Notes: a model not told the origin generated them from the sequence alone. Positions 1 through 10,068 are shown, numbered from the stretch's first letter. The stretch is DNA of 64,000 bases from a virus (IMGVR_UViG_3300021424_002547:35686-99685); one strand, 5' to 3'. Translations and numbers: made by a program.

Positions 1-2
1 AT

Positions 3-509
3 TTCAATGACTTACAAAATACGTATTATGATACATATGGGTTTAGAAAATTATCTCCCTGCGCAGAACTATTAGACGCATTTCTTTTAGATTTTGATAG
101 AACGTTAATCAGAAGTAGGATAGCCATATTAAATTCTCAACATTTAGATCCAACAACTATAAATTCCTGGGGGTGGCACAGAGATGAATCTGTTTTTGAA
201 AATATACGAATTAACATACCTATCCAAACTGACAATAATTATCTTTTTCAACTATTAGGAAAATCGACTCTACATTTAAAATATGGACACATGTATTCGT
301 GGGATACCAACGTTCCCCACAGAGTATTTCCTTATATAAATTCGATAAAAAATAGAATACATATAGTTTTAGGATTTAGCCCATGGTTCGATTACAATCC
401 TTTAGATCAATGCTGGTGCAGCAATGAATTCTATGGTAAAATACACCCGTTCGAAATGCTTATTTCGGGTTTAATAAATAAAAAGATAACAGGTGCAAAT
501 TATATATGA
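3..509 (+). CDS. Fe(II)/2OG-dependent oxygenase, Asp/Asn beta-hydroxylase-like (5' truncated by window edge)
   Basis: The frame of the 291..509 ORF is open back to position 3: ...IRSRIAIL...GWHRDESVFENIRINIPI...YSWDTNVPHRV, an HxD...H facial triad in a cupin/DSBH pattern. Confidence 0.75.
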   Translation, partial: FNDLQNTYYDTYGFRKLSPCAELLDAFLLDFDRTLIRSRIAILNSQHLDPTTINSWGWHRDESVFENIRINIPIQTDNNYLFQLLGKSTLHLKYGHMYSWDTNVPHRVFPYINSIKNRIHIVLGFSPWFDYNPLDQCWCSNEFYGKIHPFEMLISGLINKKITGANYI

Positions 510-1261
510 AACTATTTTCAGCTTCGGCTATATCTTTATCTATAATACAAATAATTTCTACAATTGGAGCTATAATTGGGCTATGGGTGTTTAGTTTTGA
601 CTATCTGTCTATTATAGTTATTCTCGTATCATACTATCTATATAGTGGTATCGGAGTGAGTATGATGCTACACCGTTTTTACGCACACAAAAGTTTTGAA
701 TTTAAATATCCCATTTTAAAATATGTGTTTACCTGGTTCGCTTTAATGTCTGGACGAGGAAGTATTATAGGTTGGGTTCATGTACATCGAGAACATCATG
801 CATTTTCTGACACTGAAAAAGATCCTCATTCTCCTAGTATAAAAGGATGGCGGGTGCTTTTTCCGCATTTGATGGATTACGGTAAAAAAATAAATGTAAG
901 ACTGGTAAGGGATTTACTTAATAAAAAACAAATATATATTAATGACTATTATATGTTGCTAGTATTATCTTGTGTCTCTATTTTGATAATCATCGATCCT
1001 TGGATAGCATATTTTTGTTGGTTTGTCCCGGTATCAATTACTCATTTTGTTTTAAACACATTCATTTATTTTGGTCATAATTTAGGGTATACTAATCATA
1101 AGTATAAAGATAATAGCAAAAACCTTTGGGTATATGGCATATTGCTCTGGGGCGAAGGTTGGCATAATAATCATCATTCGAATGCCAAAAATTGGAATAT
1201 GCAAGAGAAATGGTGGGAATTAGATCTGATAGCCCCCCTTATATACTTGGTAAAAAAATGA
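506..1261 (+). CDS. Membrane fatty-acid (delta-9-like) desaturase
   Basis: Three His boxes HRFYAH, HREHH, HNNHH; DPHSP and GEGWHNNHH motifs; TM helices. Confidence 0.9.
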   Translation: MKLFSASAISLSIIQIISTIGAIIGLWVFSFDYLSIIVILVSYYLYSGIGVSMMLHRFYAHKSFEFKYPILKYVFTWFALMSGRGSIIGWVHVHREHHAFSDTEKDPHSPSIKGWRVLFPHLMDYGKKINVRLVRDLLNKKQIYINDYYMLLVLSCVSILIIIDPWIAYFCWFVPVSITHFVLNTFIYFGHNLGYTNHKYKDNSKNLWVYGILLWGEGWHNNHHSNAKNWNMQEKWWELDLIAPLIYLVKK

Positions 1262-2031
1262 AAAATATATTTTCTAGTAATACTTTAGGAGTCCAAATAT
1301 TCGCTATCATAAGCATAATCGGCACAATTATAGGAATTTACAGTCATGGATTAGACTATTTTGCTCTATTACTTATTGTTATTGGATATTTCTTATATGG
1401 ATGTCTAGGAATAGTGGTCACATTCCACAGAAATCTCACCCATAATAGCTACGAGACTACTCCTATAATAAAAAATTTATTTTCACTACTGGGATGCTTC
1501 GGTAACACAGGTAGCCCATTAGCATGGACTGCTATCCATATCAATCATCATTTAAAAAGTGATAAAGTAACCGATCCTCATAGTCCTAAATACAGAGGAT
1601 ACAAAATATTTTCATTATCGTATGATGCACGGGTGGATGGTAACACTAAATGGAAAATGAGAAAACTTATAACAGATAGATATCAACAATTTTTACATCG
1701 TTACTATTTTATAATTTTATTTTTATGGAGCCTAATCCTATTCATATTAGGGGGATCATATCTGATGATATTTTTGCACTGGGCTCCTGCCTTGCTTACA
1801 GGGATCATGAGTAATGTTGTAAACTACATAGGACATAAACCTAATTGGTTTGGAAGTTATCGTCGATATAATTTGAAAGACCAGAGCACAAACAATTGGC
1901 TATGGGCGATTCCTAGCTGGGGAGAAACATGGCACAACAATCATCATAGGCATCCTAAGAACTACAGTTGCGGTGAATCATGGTGGGAAATAGATGTATC
2001 AGCGATGATAATAAAAATAATTAAAATTTAA
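1258..2031 (+). CDS. Membrane fatty-acid (delta-9-like) desaturase, second paralog
   Basis: HRNLTH, HINHH, HNNHH boxes and DPHSP; start moved to the ATG at 1258 that overlaps the previous stop (ATGA). Confidence 0.9.
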   Translation: MKNIFSSNTLGVQIFAIISIIGTIIGIYSHGLDYFALLLIVIGYFLYGCLGIVVTFHRNLTHNSYETTPIIKNLFSLLGCFGNTGSPLAWTAIHINHHLKSDKVTDPHSPKYRGYKIFSLSYDARVDGNTKWKMRKLITDRYQQFLHRYYFIILFLWSLILFILGGSYLMIFLHWAPALLTGIMSNVVNYIGHKPNWFGSYRRYNLKDQSTNNWLWAIPSWGETWHNNHHRHPKNYSCGESWWEIDVSAMIIKIIKI

Positions 2032-2034
2032 TCA

Positions 2035-3558
2035 ATGGTTAATTGTGTCATACTTTATGGTAACTCAGATTTTCCTACAGGGCCTAAAGCAGCCGGTCCA
2101 TTTAGAATAGCGTCAGAATTAAGAGATAACGGGTATACAGTACAGACGATAGATATAGCAATTTTTAAAAAGCTAGATAAAGACTTAAAAGATATTTTAA
2201 CGAAGTTTGTAGGTGTAGAAACTTTGTGGATAGGTATAAGCGTAACATTTCTACATAAAATTTTAAGTTACCCTTTTAGTTTGCAATTAATAGATGATGA
2301 AAGATATAAATCGTTAAATTTTGAAACACTAGAAGAAGAAATACATAAACTTATTTCTTTCGTTAGATCAATAAATCCTAAAATCAAAATGATATATGGT
2401 GGAGCCAGAAATTACCGATTAGATAAATTGGGGTTTATAAAATTTGAAAAATATGTCGATAAAGAAATTGTAGATTTTACAAACTGGTTGGCTGGAAAAT
2501 CCAATAAAATAGACCTTCAATTTTATTCAAACCATATAGTCGGAAAAGAATTCGAAGGGTTTACAAAATCATCAATAAAATACACAAAATCAGATATAAT
2601 TGATTCCAAAGACGTACTTCCATTAGAACTATCCAGAGGATGTATTTTCAAATGCAAATTTTGTAGTTATCCTTTAAACGGTAAAACCAAAGGAGAATGG
2701 ATTAAACAAAGCCATGTCTTAAAAGAAGAGTTAAAAAGGAATTATAATGACTTTGGCGTCACTAATTATTCCTTTACCGATGATACATACAATGATAGTG
2801 TAGACAAACTTAAAATTTTATATGACGAAGTTTATTCAAAACTTTCGTTTAAGATAAAATTTGCCACATACATAAGATTAGATTTATTAACAACTTTTCC
2901 AGAAACCTTAAAAATTCTTAAAGAGTCTGGATTAAAAAGTGCAGTTTGCGGAATAGAAAGTACCAATCCAAAATCTGCTAAGTCAATTGGAAAAGGAATG
3001 GATCCAAAAAGACAATTAGACTTTGTAAGAGAAATTAAACAGGACGTGTGGAAAGATATATTAATTTCTGGGAATTTTATAATCGGCTTGCCGCATGATA
3101 CTAAAGAAACTATAGATGATTTTGAATCATGGCTTTTAAGTTCAAGCAATCCATTAGATTATTGGTATGTTTTCCCGTTAGGAATATTTCCTTCTTATAC
3201 GAAAAAATCATATTATCAATCAGAATTTGATTTAAATTATGAAAAATATGGATATGAGATTTTAGATTCATCTAGTGAATTTTGGAAGGTATCTGGTTGG
3301 GTCAATAAAAACACAGGATTAGATTATGATTACTGCACTGCAAGATCAAAAGAGATTCGGCGTAAATCATCTTTTACGAATTGGAAATTTGGTGGTTGGC
3401 TATGGACTTTTTATCAAGAAATAGTTAATGATTATGATATAACTAATCTCTCTCAATCAGAAATAATAAAAAAATATGATCTACTATCATTTCGAAATAA
3501 TAAAGTAAATGATTACATAGATCAACTCAAGAATATCAATCACGTAATAGAAAAATAG
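2035..3558 (+). CDS. Radical SAM enzyme with B12-binding-like N-terminal domain
   Basis: ELSRGCIFKCKFC (CxxxCxxC), FTDDT, GIES, FIIGLPHDT; N-terminal RIASELRDNGYTVQTID Rossmann-like segment. Confidence 0.85.
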   Translation: MVNCVILYGNSDFPTGPKAAGPFRIASELRDNGYTVQTIDIAIFKKLDKDLKDILTKFVGVETLWIGISVTFLHKILSYPFSLQLIDDERYKSLNFETLEEEIHKLISFVRSINPKIKMIYGGARNYRLDKLGFIKFEKYVDKEIVDFTNWLAGKSNKIDLQFYSNHIVGKEFEGFTKSSIKYTKSDIIDSKDVLPLELSRGCIFKCKFCSYPLNGKTKGEWIKQSHVLKEELKRNYNDFGVTNYSFTDDTYNDSVDKLKILYDEVYSKLSFKIKFATYIRLDLLTTFPETLKILKESGLKSAVCGIESTNPKSAKSIGKGMDPKRQLDFVREIKQDVWKDILISGNFIIGLPHDTKETIDDFESWLLSSSNPLDYWYVFPLGIFPSYTKKSYYQSEFDLNYEKYGYEILDSSSEFWKVSGWVNKNTGLDYDYCTARSKEIRRKSSFTNWKFGGWLWTFYQEIVNDYDITNLSQSEIIKKYDLLSFRNNKVNDYIDQLKNINHVIEK

Positions 3559-4066
3559 GATCAGGATCACATTTTACAGTGAGGCTTATTCTTGGAGAAA
3601 AATTTTCGTCCATTATTACCTGATGAGGTGTCATTACTTTAAATACAGTTGGCATATCCAGTACAAAATTATCCACTTCAACTGCAGATTCTTGATCACA
3701 TAAAATAAATGGAAGTTTATTTTTTTGTACTATTTTAACATTAGGTCTGGCTTTAAAAAATTTGGTTTGACTATGCTCACAGTTTAAAATCGGAATATTA
3801 ATCCTGGTCTTATATTCATAGGTATCAATATGAACTAGACTATCACCATTTTTTATTGTTTTATATAAATTAAATCTAACCGGAGTCAAATTTAATTTTA
3901 AGAAAAAGTATAGAGTATCTGCACAGTGATCAATAACACTCTGTTTGTTTAATGGTATAAATCCGATAGTTTTATCATTTAAAATATCAGTATGGACTTT
4001 GAGATAGGTTAAAAGCTCAGATTGAATACTTTTTATATTCTTTATATTAATTTTTTTATAATTCAT
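3536..4066 (-). CDS. Fe(II)/2OG oxygenase-like cupin protein
   Basis: VHID...RINIPILNC...PHQV...RISLT pattern. Confidence 0.65.
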   Translation of the reverse strand: MNYKKINIKNIKSIQSELLTYLKVHTDILNDKTIGFIPLNKQSVIDHCADTLYFFLKLNLTPVRFNLYKTIKNGDSLVHIDTYEYKTRINIPILNCEHSQTKFFKARPNVKIVQKNKLPFILCDQESAVEVDNFVLDMPTVFKVMTPHQVIMDENFSPRISLTVKCDPDPIFLLRD

Positions 4067-4601
4067 CTAGCATGTGGACAGGGTCATTTTTAAATTCTAG
4101 TGCCATAGTTATTCTCGGAGTATTTTTTTCATTCATGATAGTGTTATGAGGTACGCTTGTCCTCATTATCCATGGACCTTTAATAACAATACTATCTCTA
4201 GCCCTGTAATTATTTCCTGGTTTGTAGCTTTTTACCCCAGAATCGGGATTTATCCATTCAACTAGATCTGATGATTCATAAAATATTGTTCTTGTATTAT
4301 GTGCATTTAACAAAGGAATCAATACTTTGGCAGATGGAGGAGATATGTCTGTATGTACAGGAGAATGCTTATTATTGTACATAATAAAAATTGATGCGAA
4401 ATAAGGCTCCATATTCAGTTTAGAAAATGCATCTAGTATAATCGGACAACAATTTAATAATTTATTAAAATTTAAAATATAATAACTTGCGTTATTCAAT
4501 CTTCTATTATATATTTCGTCTATAGATTTAACAAAATTAAGAGATTTTTCGGTTATTTCTTCAATGTTTGGGATCTCTAAATACTTGTAATATTTGCTCA
4601 T
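4056..4601 (-). CDS. Fe(II)/2OG oxygenase-like cupin protein
   Basis: VHTD...VLIPLLN...VPHNT...RITMA; paralog of the adjacent ORF. Confidence 0.65.
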   Translation of the reverse strand: MSKYYKYLEIPNIEEITEKSLNFVKSIDEIYNRRLNNASYYILNFNKLLNCCPIILDAFSKLNMEPYFASIFIMYNNKHSPVHTDISPPSAKVLIPLLNAHNTRTIFYESSDLVEWINPDSGVKSYKPGNNYRARDSIVIKGPWIMRTSVPHNTIMNEKNTPRITMALEFKNDPVHMLDEL

Positions 4602-4639
4602 AAATATAATTTATCCTTATAATTTTAATAATATGTAAA

Positions 4640-5134
4640 ATGATAAAAATTTTAAAAAACTTAGATAAAACAGCCATTGAAGAAATTCTACGTACTTACC
4701 AGACATTAGATTCACAAATCCAATGGCACAGTTCTGTAAACTCGAAACAAACAAGCGTACAATTCAAAAAAGGAGAAGATCATTGGGCAAGTTCTGTTGG
4801 TCGGCAAACAGGGGCAGAAACTGACTACGATCAATTAAATCCTTTTTTTAAGAATACAATTTTTGAAGATATCATAACAGAATATAATTTATATAGAAGT
4901 AGACTTATGTGGGTTTTACCTTATAGATGTTATAGTTTTCATAGAGATAGACTTCCTCGAATACATGTTCCTATCATAACTAATGAAGAATGTTATTTTT
5001 TATTTAGGACCGGGGAAATAAGGCATTTAACTGTAGATAAAATATGGCTAACTGATACCAGGCTAGCACACACATTTATTAATACTTCTGACTATGAAAG
5101 ATTGCATTTTGTTGGTGTAACTGCTGATCAATAA
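4640..5134 (+). CDS. Asp/Asn beta-hydroxylase-like Fe(II)/2OG oxygenase
   Basis: RSRLMW...SFHRD..RIHVPIITN...DTRLAHTFIN...RLHFV. Confidence 0.75.
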   Translation: MIKILKNLDKTAIEEILRTYQTLDSQIQWHSSVNSKQTSVQFKKGEDHWASSVGRQTGAETDYDQLNPFFKNTIFEDIITEYNLYRSRLMWVLPYRCYSFHRDRLPRIHVPIITNEECYFLFRTGEIRHLTVDKIWLTDTRLAHTFINTSDYERLHFVGVTADQ

Positions 5135-5135
5135 T

Positions 5136-5858
5136 CTAATCTAACGTGCTTAATATTTTATCATGCACACACTTATGGGTATGCTTCCCAGGATGACTTA
5201 AATCTCTCGCAAAATCATTGTCTGCCCATATTTCATTTGTAAAAACTTCATTAGAATTGTAAGTCTTAAATTTAATTCGATATGAATTGCATATATTTTC
5301 AATCGCTAATATGTTCTTCTTTTGATTGAGGAAAGAATTATTATTGTTCAGCAACCACGTTTTATAAAATCCATTATTCAAATATTCCGATTTTTCGTGC
5401 CTAAAAAATAGCACATCTTCATCATCCCAGAGTTCTAATCTAGTTGGTTCTGGACTAAGACAAATTACTATCTTTGGTAATAACTTCGCTATGTAATAAT
5501 ATGCAAGTCTAAATGAAGTATCATTAGAACTTGCACCCAGAGCTAGATTATAATATTTCATATTTAGGGATTTAGATAACTGATAAGCATATACTTCTTC
5601 TAATTGTAATCCGGTTCCAAATGTTAAACTACAGCCCAAAAATAATATTGAATTTCTATCGTGAGAGAACTCGTCTGATCGAAATCCTTCATTATTAAAA
5701 TTATAATAAATTTTTTTTTCTAGCCAACCGTTGACCGCTAATAAATTTCTATTTTTTTGCAAATTACGAACGAATCTTTCCTTCGTATCAAATAATTCCC
5801 ATTCTTGTGTGGTCCCAGAAAAAATTTTCCAAGGATGACTATTTAACGGAATTTCCAT
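5136..5858 (-). CDS. SGNH/GDSL-like hydrolase or acyltransferase
   Basis: FLGCSLTFG (block I), NLALGASSN (block II), DLSHPG (block V DxxH). Confidence 0.7.
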   Translation of the reverse strand: MEIPLNSHPWKIFSGTTQEWELFDTKERFVRNLQKNRNLLAVNGWLEKKIYYNFNNEGFRSDEFSHDRNSILFLGCSLTFGTGLQLEEVYAYQLSKSLNMKYYNLALGASSNDTSFRLAYYYIAKLLPKIVICLSPEPTRLELWDDEDVLFFRHEKSEYLNNGFYKTWLLNNNNSFLNQKKNILAIENICNSYRIKFKTYNSNEVFTNEIWADNDFARDLSHPGKHTHKCVHDKILSTLD

Positions 5859-5863
5859 AAGCG

Positions 5864-5892
5864 TATTTATGGTCGAAGTTTATCAATAAATA
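5864..5892. promoter_or_regulatory. Back-to-back TAAATA late-type promoters for divergent genes
   Basis: TATTTA at 5864-5869 and TAAATA at 5887-5892, each exactly 5 nt from an ATG, with no Shine-Dalgarno. Confidence 0.6.
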
Positions 5893-5897
5893 TAGTT

Positions 5898-6533
5898 ATG
5901 GACGATATTTTGTTCGCTAAAATCATTTTTCCAGATTTAAACAAAGAAAAATCTACATACGAAATTATGAAGATTGATAAATCTTATTGGTTTTGGGATC
6001 CCTATAGAGCAACCAATATGCTTTCACTAATGACAAAAAATCCTGTCCCCGGACCATTTGGAACTAAAAATAATCTACAAGGAGAATTTCAATGGTTGGC
6101 TTATACTCCCCCAGTGATAATAGATTGGTTTGAAACATACGTTTTTCCGTGGATGGGAACTAAAACCAGAATTATGGCACTGCTTACAAACCAGAAATCT
6201 AAAAATTTAGAACATGTAGATTGTGATAAAAATTCGATCTTCACAAAACAACATAAATTTAGAATAGTTTTAAAAGGAAAAACAGAAACACTGTATTTTA
6301 AAACTGATAAGCATGATGTGTATGTTCCAAATATTACATCACCATTTTTAATGGACGGAAGTTGGCCTCACGGAATGAATAACTTCGACGATGATTATAA
6401 GTTGACTATAGCAGCCGGAGCTCCTTGGGTGGGTAACGATTCATACACCAACATAGAAATTTTAATGAAGAGATCAGAATTCGTTTTCCCAGAGGATTAC
6501 AAAATTTATTTCAAAAAGGAATTTTCTACGTGA
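5898..6533 (+). CDS. Fe(II)/2OG oxygenase-like protein
   Basis: EHVDC...KFRIVL...MDGSWPHGM...KLTI, an HxD...H pattern. Confidence 0.6.
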   Translation: MDDILFAKIIFPDLNKEKSTYEIMKIDKSYWFWDPYRATNMLSLMTKNPVPGPFGTKNNLQGEFQWLAYTPPVIIDWFETYVFPWMGTKTRIMALLTNQKSKNLEHVDCDKNSIFTKQHKFRIVLKGKTETLYFKTDKHDVYVPNITSPFLMDGSWPHGMNNFDDDYKLTIAAGAPWVGNDSYTNIEILMKRSEFVFPEDYKIYFKKEFST

Positions 6534-7198
6534 ATGATTTTATCTTAAAAACTTATGACAATTTAACGATCCAAGATAAAGAATTTTTTTTTAATTTTTG
6601 CCGAGATGCTTCGAAAGAAACGGAAAAATCGGCGTCTGTTAATATGTGGGCTAGAAATACCTTTGTTAAACCATGGACTCTGGGATATCGATTAGAATCT
6701 ACTAATGAATTTAAAGAACCGAATGGAAAATTTTATATTCTATACAATAACAACGAAGTAATTGGATGTAGCGGTATACATGTAAGCGAATTTCATCCTT
6801 TGATATTTTCGGCTGGAGTAAGGACTTGGATCAAAAAAGAGTATAGGAATCAATCTATTAACAAAAAATATTTTTTCCCAGAACAACGATCTTGGGCTAT
6901 AAAGAAAGAAGCAAAAATAATATTTCTGTCATTTAATGAGTATAATAAAAATTTAATACAGGTTTTTAAAAGAAATAGATTAGGCGAAAATAAAGAAAGA
7001 GTTACAAATAGAAATAAAAATGACCTATTCAGTAATGGACTTAAAATAATCGATTTTCCGCTGATTATTAATCAAACAAAGCAATGGATATGTTACGAAA
7101 TTATAGATGAAGATTTTGATTACGATTGGACTCGACTTGCGTACTCAGATGATAGAAAAGAACAAATTTATACAAAAGATCTTTCAAAAAGATTTTAA
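6530..7198 (+). CDS. GNAT-fold acyltransferase-like protein
   Basis: FYILYNNNEVIGCSG...RTWIKKEYRNQSI (motif A-like), FNEYN. Confidence 0.55.
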   Translation: MNDFILKTYDNLTIQDKEFFFNFCRDASKETEKSASVNMWARNTFVKPWTLGYRLESTNEFKEPNGKFYILYNNNEVIGCSGIHVSEFHPLIFSAGVRTWIKKEYRNQSINKKYFFPEQRSWAIKKEAKIIFLSFNEYNKNLIQVFKRNRLGENKERVTNRNKNDLFSNGLKIIDFPLIINQTKQWICYEIIDEDFDYDWTRLAYSDDRKEQIYTKDLSKRF

Positions 7199-7200
7199 AA

Positions 7201-8688
7201 ATGGCAGAAATAGTATTGTTTACATGTATAGAAAGTGGAGGATTTTTCCGGAGTATCGGAGCTTATCAAATAGCTAATGCGTTAAGACAACAAGGCTATA
7301 CAGTACAGGTAGTTGATTGGTTATCTACTATTATTTCCAAAAATAATAGCATTTTCCTTAATATATTAGAAAAATATGTATCAAAAGATACCTTATGGAT
7401 CGGGTTTAGCACTACTTTTTTCTTTCATAAACCTAAAAAGAATTCAAATAAAATTAATAAAATCGATGAAACATTTAAAAACAATATTTTTGATAACAAA
7501 CAAATTACCGAGATTAAAGATTACGTTTATTCAATATCTCCAAAATGTAAATTTGTTCTAGGGGGCGGCAGAGCATATATAGAAGATACTTCCGGACTAA
7601 TAGATGTTTTTATTTTAGGATATGCAGATCAATCAGTAATAGAATTCACCAGATTTTGTCAAAACAAAAATCCATTTTTCCAATATAATTTATCCAAAGG
7701 AAAAATGATAATAAACAATGATACAAAGGCAGTTAATTATGATTTTTCAAATTCCAAATTCAGTTGGCATGATTCGGATCATATAAATTTTATGGAAGCT
7801 CTGCCAATAGAAATTTCTAGGGGATGTATATTCAACTGTAGTTATTGTTCGTATCCGTTAAACGGTAAAAAGAAATTAGATTATATTAAAAATCCGGAAA
7901 TATTAACAGAACTATTTCTTTCAAATTACGAAAAATACCAGACTACAAATTATGTTTATTTAGACGATACACACAACGACAGCACTGAGAAATTAGAACT
8001 ACTATTTAATAAAGTTTATTCTAAATTACCGTTTAAAATTAAATTTTGTACCTACCTTAGATTAGACTTACTGAATGCTCATCCAGAAACTATTGAATTA
8101 TTGTTATCAAGTGGATTAGTAAGTTGTTTTTTTGGCATAGAAAGTTTAAATTATGAATCTAACCGAGTTATCGGTAAAGGCATTAAACAAGATAAAATTA
8201 TTTCCACTTTGCAAAAAATAAAAGACGTATGGAAAGAAGATGTTAGGACTGAGGGAGGATTCATAATAGGATTGCCAAACGATTCTGTCGAATCAGTTAA
8301 ATCATGGGTGTCTACTTTAGAAAATGAAAATTTATTACATAGTTATAGATTTCATTCTTTAGGAATTAATCAAGTTTTTAAACAGAAACCATGGTCAAGC
8401 AAATTTGATCAAGATCCTATAAAATATGGTTACAAAATGTTACCAAACAATCATTGGATTAATAATAAAGGTATGACGTCGTTTCAAGCATGGCAAATTT
8501 ATATAGAATTAGAAAAAAGGCTAGGCAATAAACTTCCATGGACTGGTATTTTTGATTTCCATAATCTAGGTGCAAATTTTGAAGAATGTTTTGTCAGTGA
8601 TAGAATAGAAATGTATAAAAAATATTATAACAATAAAATAGAACTATATAGTAGTTACTTAAGGAAACTGTTACATGAACAAATTTAA
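7201..8688 (+). CDS. Radical SAM enzyme with B12-binding-like N-terminal domain, second paralog
   Basis: EISRGCIFNCSYCSYPLNGK, YLDDT, FGIES, FIIGLPND; clearly homologous to 2035..3558. Confidence 0.85.
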   Translation: MAEIVLFTCIESGGFFRSIGAYQIANALRQQGYTVQVVDWLSTIISKNNSIFLNILEKYVSKDTLWIGFSTTFFFHKPKKNSNKINKIDETFKNNIFDNKQITEIKDYVYSISPKCKFVLGGGRAYIEDTSGLIDVFILGYADQSVIEFTRFCQNKNPFFQYNLSKGKMIINNDTKAVNYDFSNSKFSWHDSDHINFMEALPIEISRGCIFNCSYCSYPLNGKKKLDYIKNPEILTELFLSNYEKYQTTNYVYLDDTHNDSTEKLELLFNKVYSKLPFKIKFCTYLRLDLLNAHPETIELLLSSGLVSCFFGIESLNYESNRVIGKGIKQDKIISTLQKIKDVWKEDVRTEGGFIIGLPNDSVESVKSWVSTLENENLLHSYRFHSLGINQVFKQKPWSSKFDQDPIKYGYKMLPNNHWINNKGMTSFQAWQIYIELEKRLGNKLPWTGIFDFHNLGANFEECFVSDRIEMYKKYYNNKIELYSSYLRKLLHEQI

Positions 8689-9133
8689 AGAAAATCACTT
8701 GCGAACTATATCTAAGGTTATTTCTTGGAGAGTTCTTATAACAATCAGCCATATGGTTAATGCATTCATAGTAACAGGAAGTCTGCTAATGGGTGTTAAG
8801 ATAGCAGGACTTGCCTTGGTAATTAACAGTGCTTTGTTCTGGATCCATGAACGTGCATGGAACATTTTTCAGTGGAATCGTCGAGAGAACGAAAAATTAA
8901 ATTTCGCAGAAGGCCATCCGAGATCTATTTCTAAAGTAGTATCTTGGAGAATTTTGATCACCGTAAGCAATTTCGTGATTCCATTTGTCATGACCGGTAG
9001 TTGGGGACAGGCTGCGCTATTTGCGGGAATGGCTACTGTAGTCAATATCATTCTATATTGGAGCCATGAAAGGATTTGGAATCGCATAAAATGGGGGAAA
9101 TCTGTAGAAACAAATATATCATACATATCATAA
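8675..9133 (+). CDS. DUF2061-type membrane protein with two repeats
   Basis: Two copies of R(T/S)ISKV(I/V)SWR...HER(A/I)WN. Confidence 0.75.
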   Translation: MNKFKENHLRTISKVISWRVLITISHMVNAFIVTGSLLMGVKIAGLALVINSALFWIHERAWNIFQWNRRENEKLNFAEGHPRSISKVVSWRILITVSNFVIPFVMTGSWGQAALFAGMATVVNIILYWSHERIWNRIKWGKSVETNISYIS

Positions 9134-9135
9134 AA

Positions 9136-10068
9136 ATGAATGAAATAGTTGATTATGGCATTAATTTTGGTTTTGATAATAATAAATTTTTTGTGGATTA
9201 TATCTCGTGCGGGTCAGACATTGGAAATTATAGGGAAGAATTTAAAAAACGTGCAGTAGAATTATCTAAAGCAAGCAAAAAAATATTGTTAGGATTAAGT
9301 TCTGGGCTAGATAGTCAAGCAGTATTACATAGCTTTTTTGAGCAAGGCATTAAAATCGAATGTGCATTTTTATATCAACCTAAATTTAATGAAATAGAAT
9401 ACAATCAATTAAAAATTGTTGCTAAAAAGTATAACATAAATCCTATTATTATAGAACTTGATCCTAATAACATTAAAGAAGAAATATTAGATCACTATAA
9501 TCAAACAGGAATCCCTCCTAATCAACTGATACACAAAAAATTTCTACAACAATTACCAGAAGACTACGATTTTGTTCAAGGAGTACACGGTCCTGACATT
9601 TTTTATAGGAACAATACTTGGTATTCCCTAGATTGTGCAGATTCTATGGAAATTTCTAGGCTGAGAGGGTTCGGTATGCTGGAAAGGAAAGGAAAAATAA
9701 TATGTTGGGAAAGGACTGGTTCTATATTATTAAGTATTTTAACAGATCATATTACTACATCATTTATGTATTCGTATAACTATATCGCCAGTAACCATCT
9801 AAAAACTACAGGAAAAGAAATTAACTTTATGAAAGATCACTGGGATATCTACATCAAACCCTTTCTATATGGAAAATATTGGAAAAATGAGTTAGAATAT
9901 TTTCCTAAATATCAAGGGTGTGAAGGTATTGATTATGTCATAGACGGACCAAAACACAATTATAGGAAAAATCGTGTAGTTATAAAATACGATGCATTAA
10001 TAAAACATCTTAAAAATCCTAAAGGAACAATTAAAAGAATTTATGAGTTTGAAGAAAATAAAAAATAA
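9136..10068 (+). CDS. PP-loop ATP pyrophosphatase (asparagine-synthase / adenine nucleotide alpha-hydrolase-like)
   Basis: ILLGLSSGLDSQAV, a variant of SGGxDS; C-terminal PKYQGCE. Confidence 0.6.
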   Translation: MNEIVDYGINFGFDNNKFFVDYISCGSDIGNYREEFKKRAVELSKASKKILLGLSSGLDSQAVLHSFFEQGIKIECAFLYQPKFNEIEYNQLKIVAKKYNINPIIIELDPNNIKEEILDHYNQTGIPPNQLIHKKFLQQLPEDYDFVQGVHGPDIFYRNNTWYSLDCADSMEISRLRGFGMLERKGKIICWERTGSILLSILTDHITTSFMYSYNYIASNHLKTTGKEINFMKDHWDIYIKPFLYGKYWKNELEYFPKYQGCEGIDYVIDGPKHNYRKNRVVIKYDALIKHLKNPKGTIKRIYEFEENKK

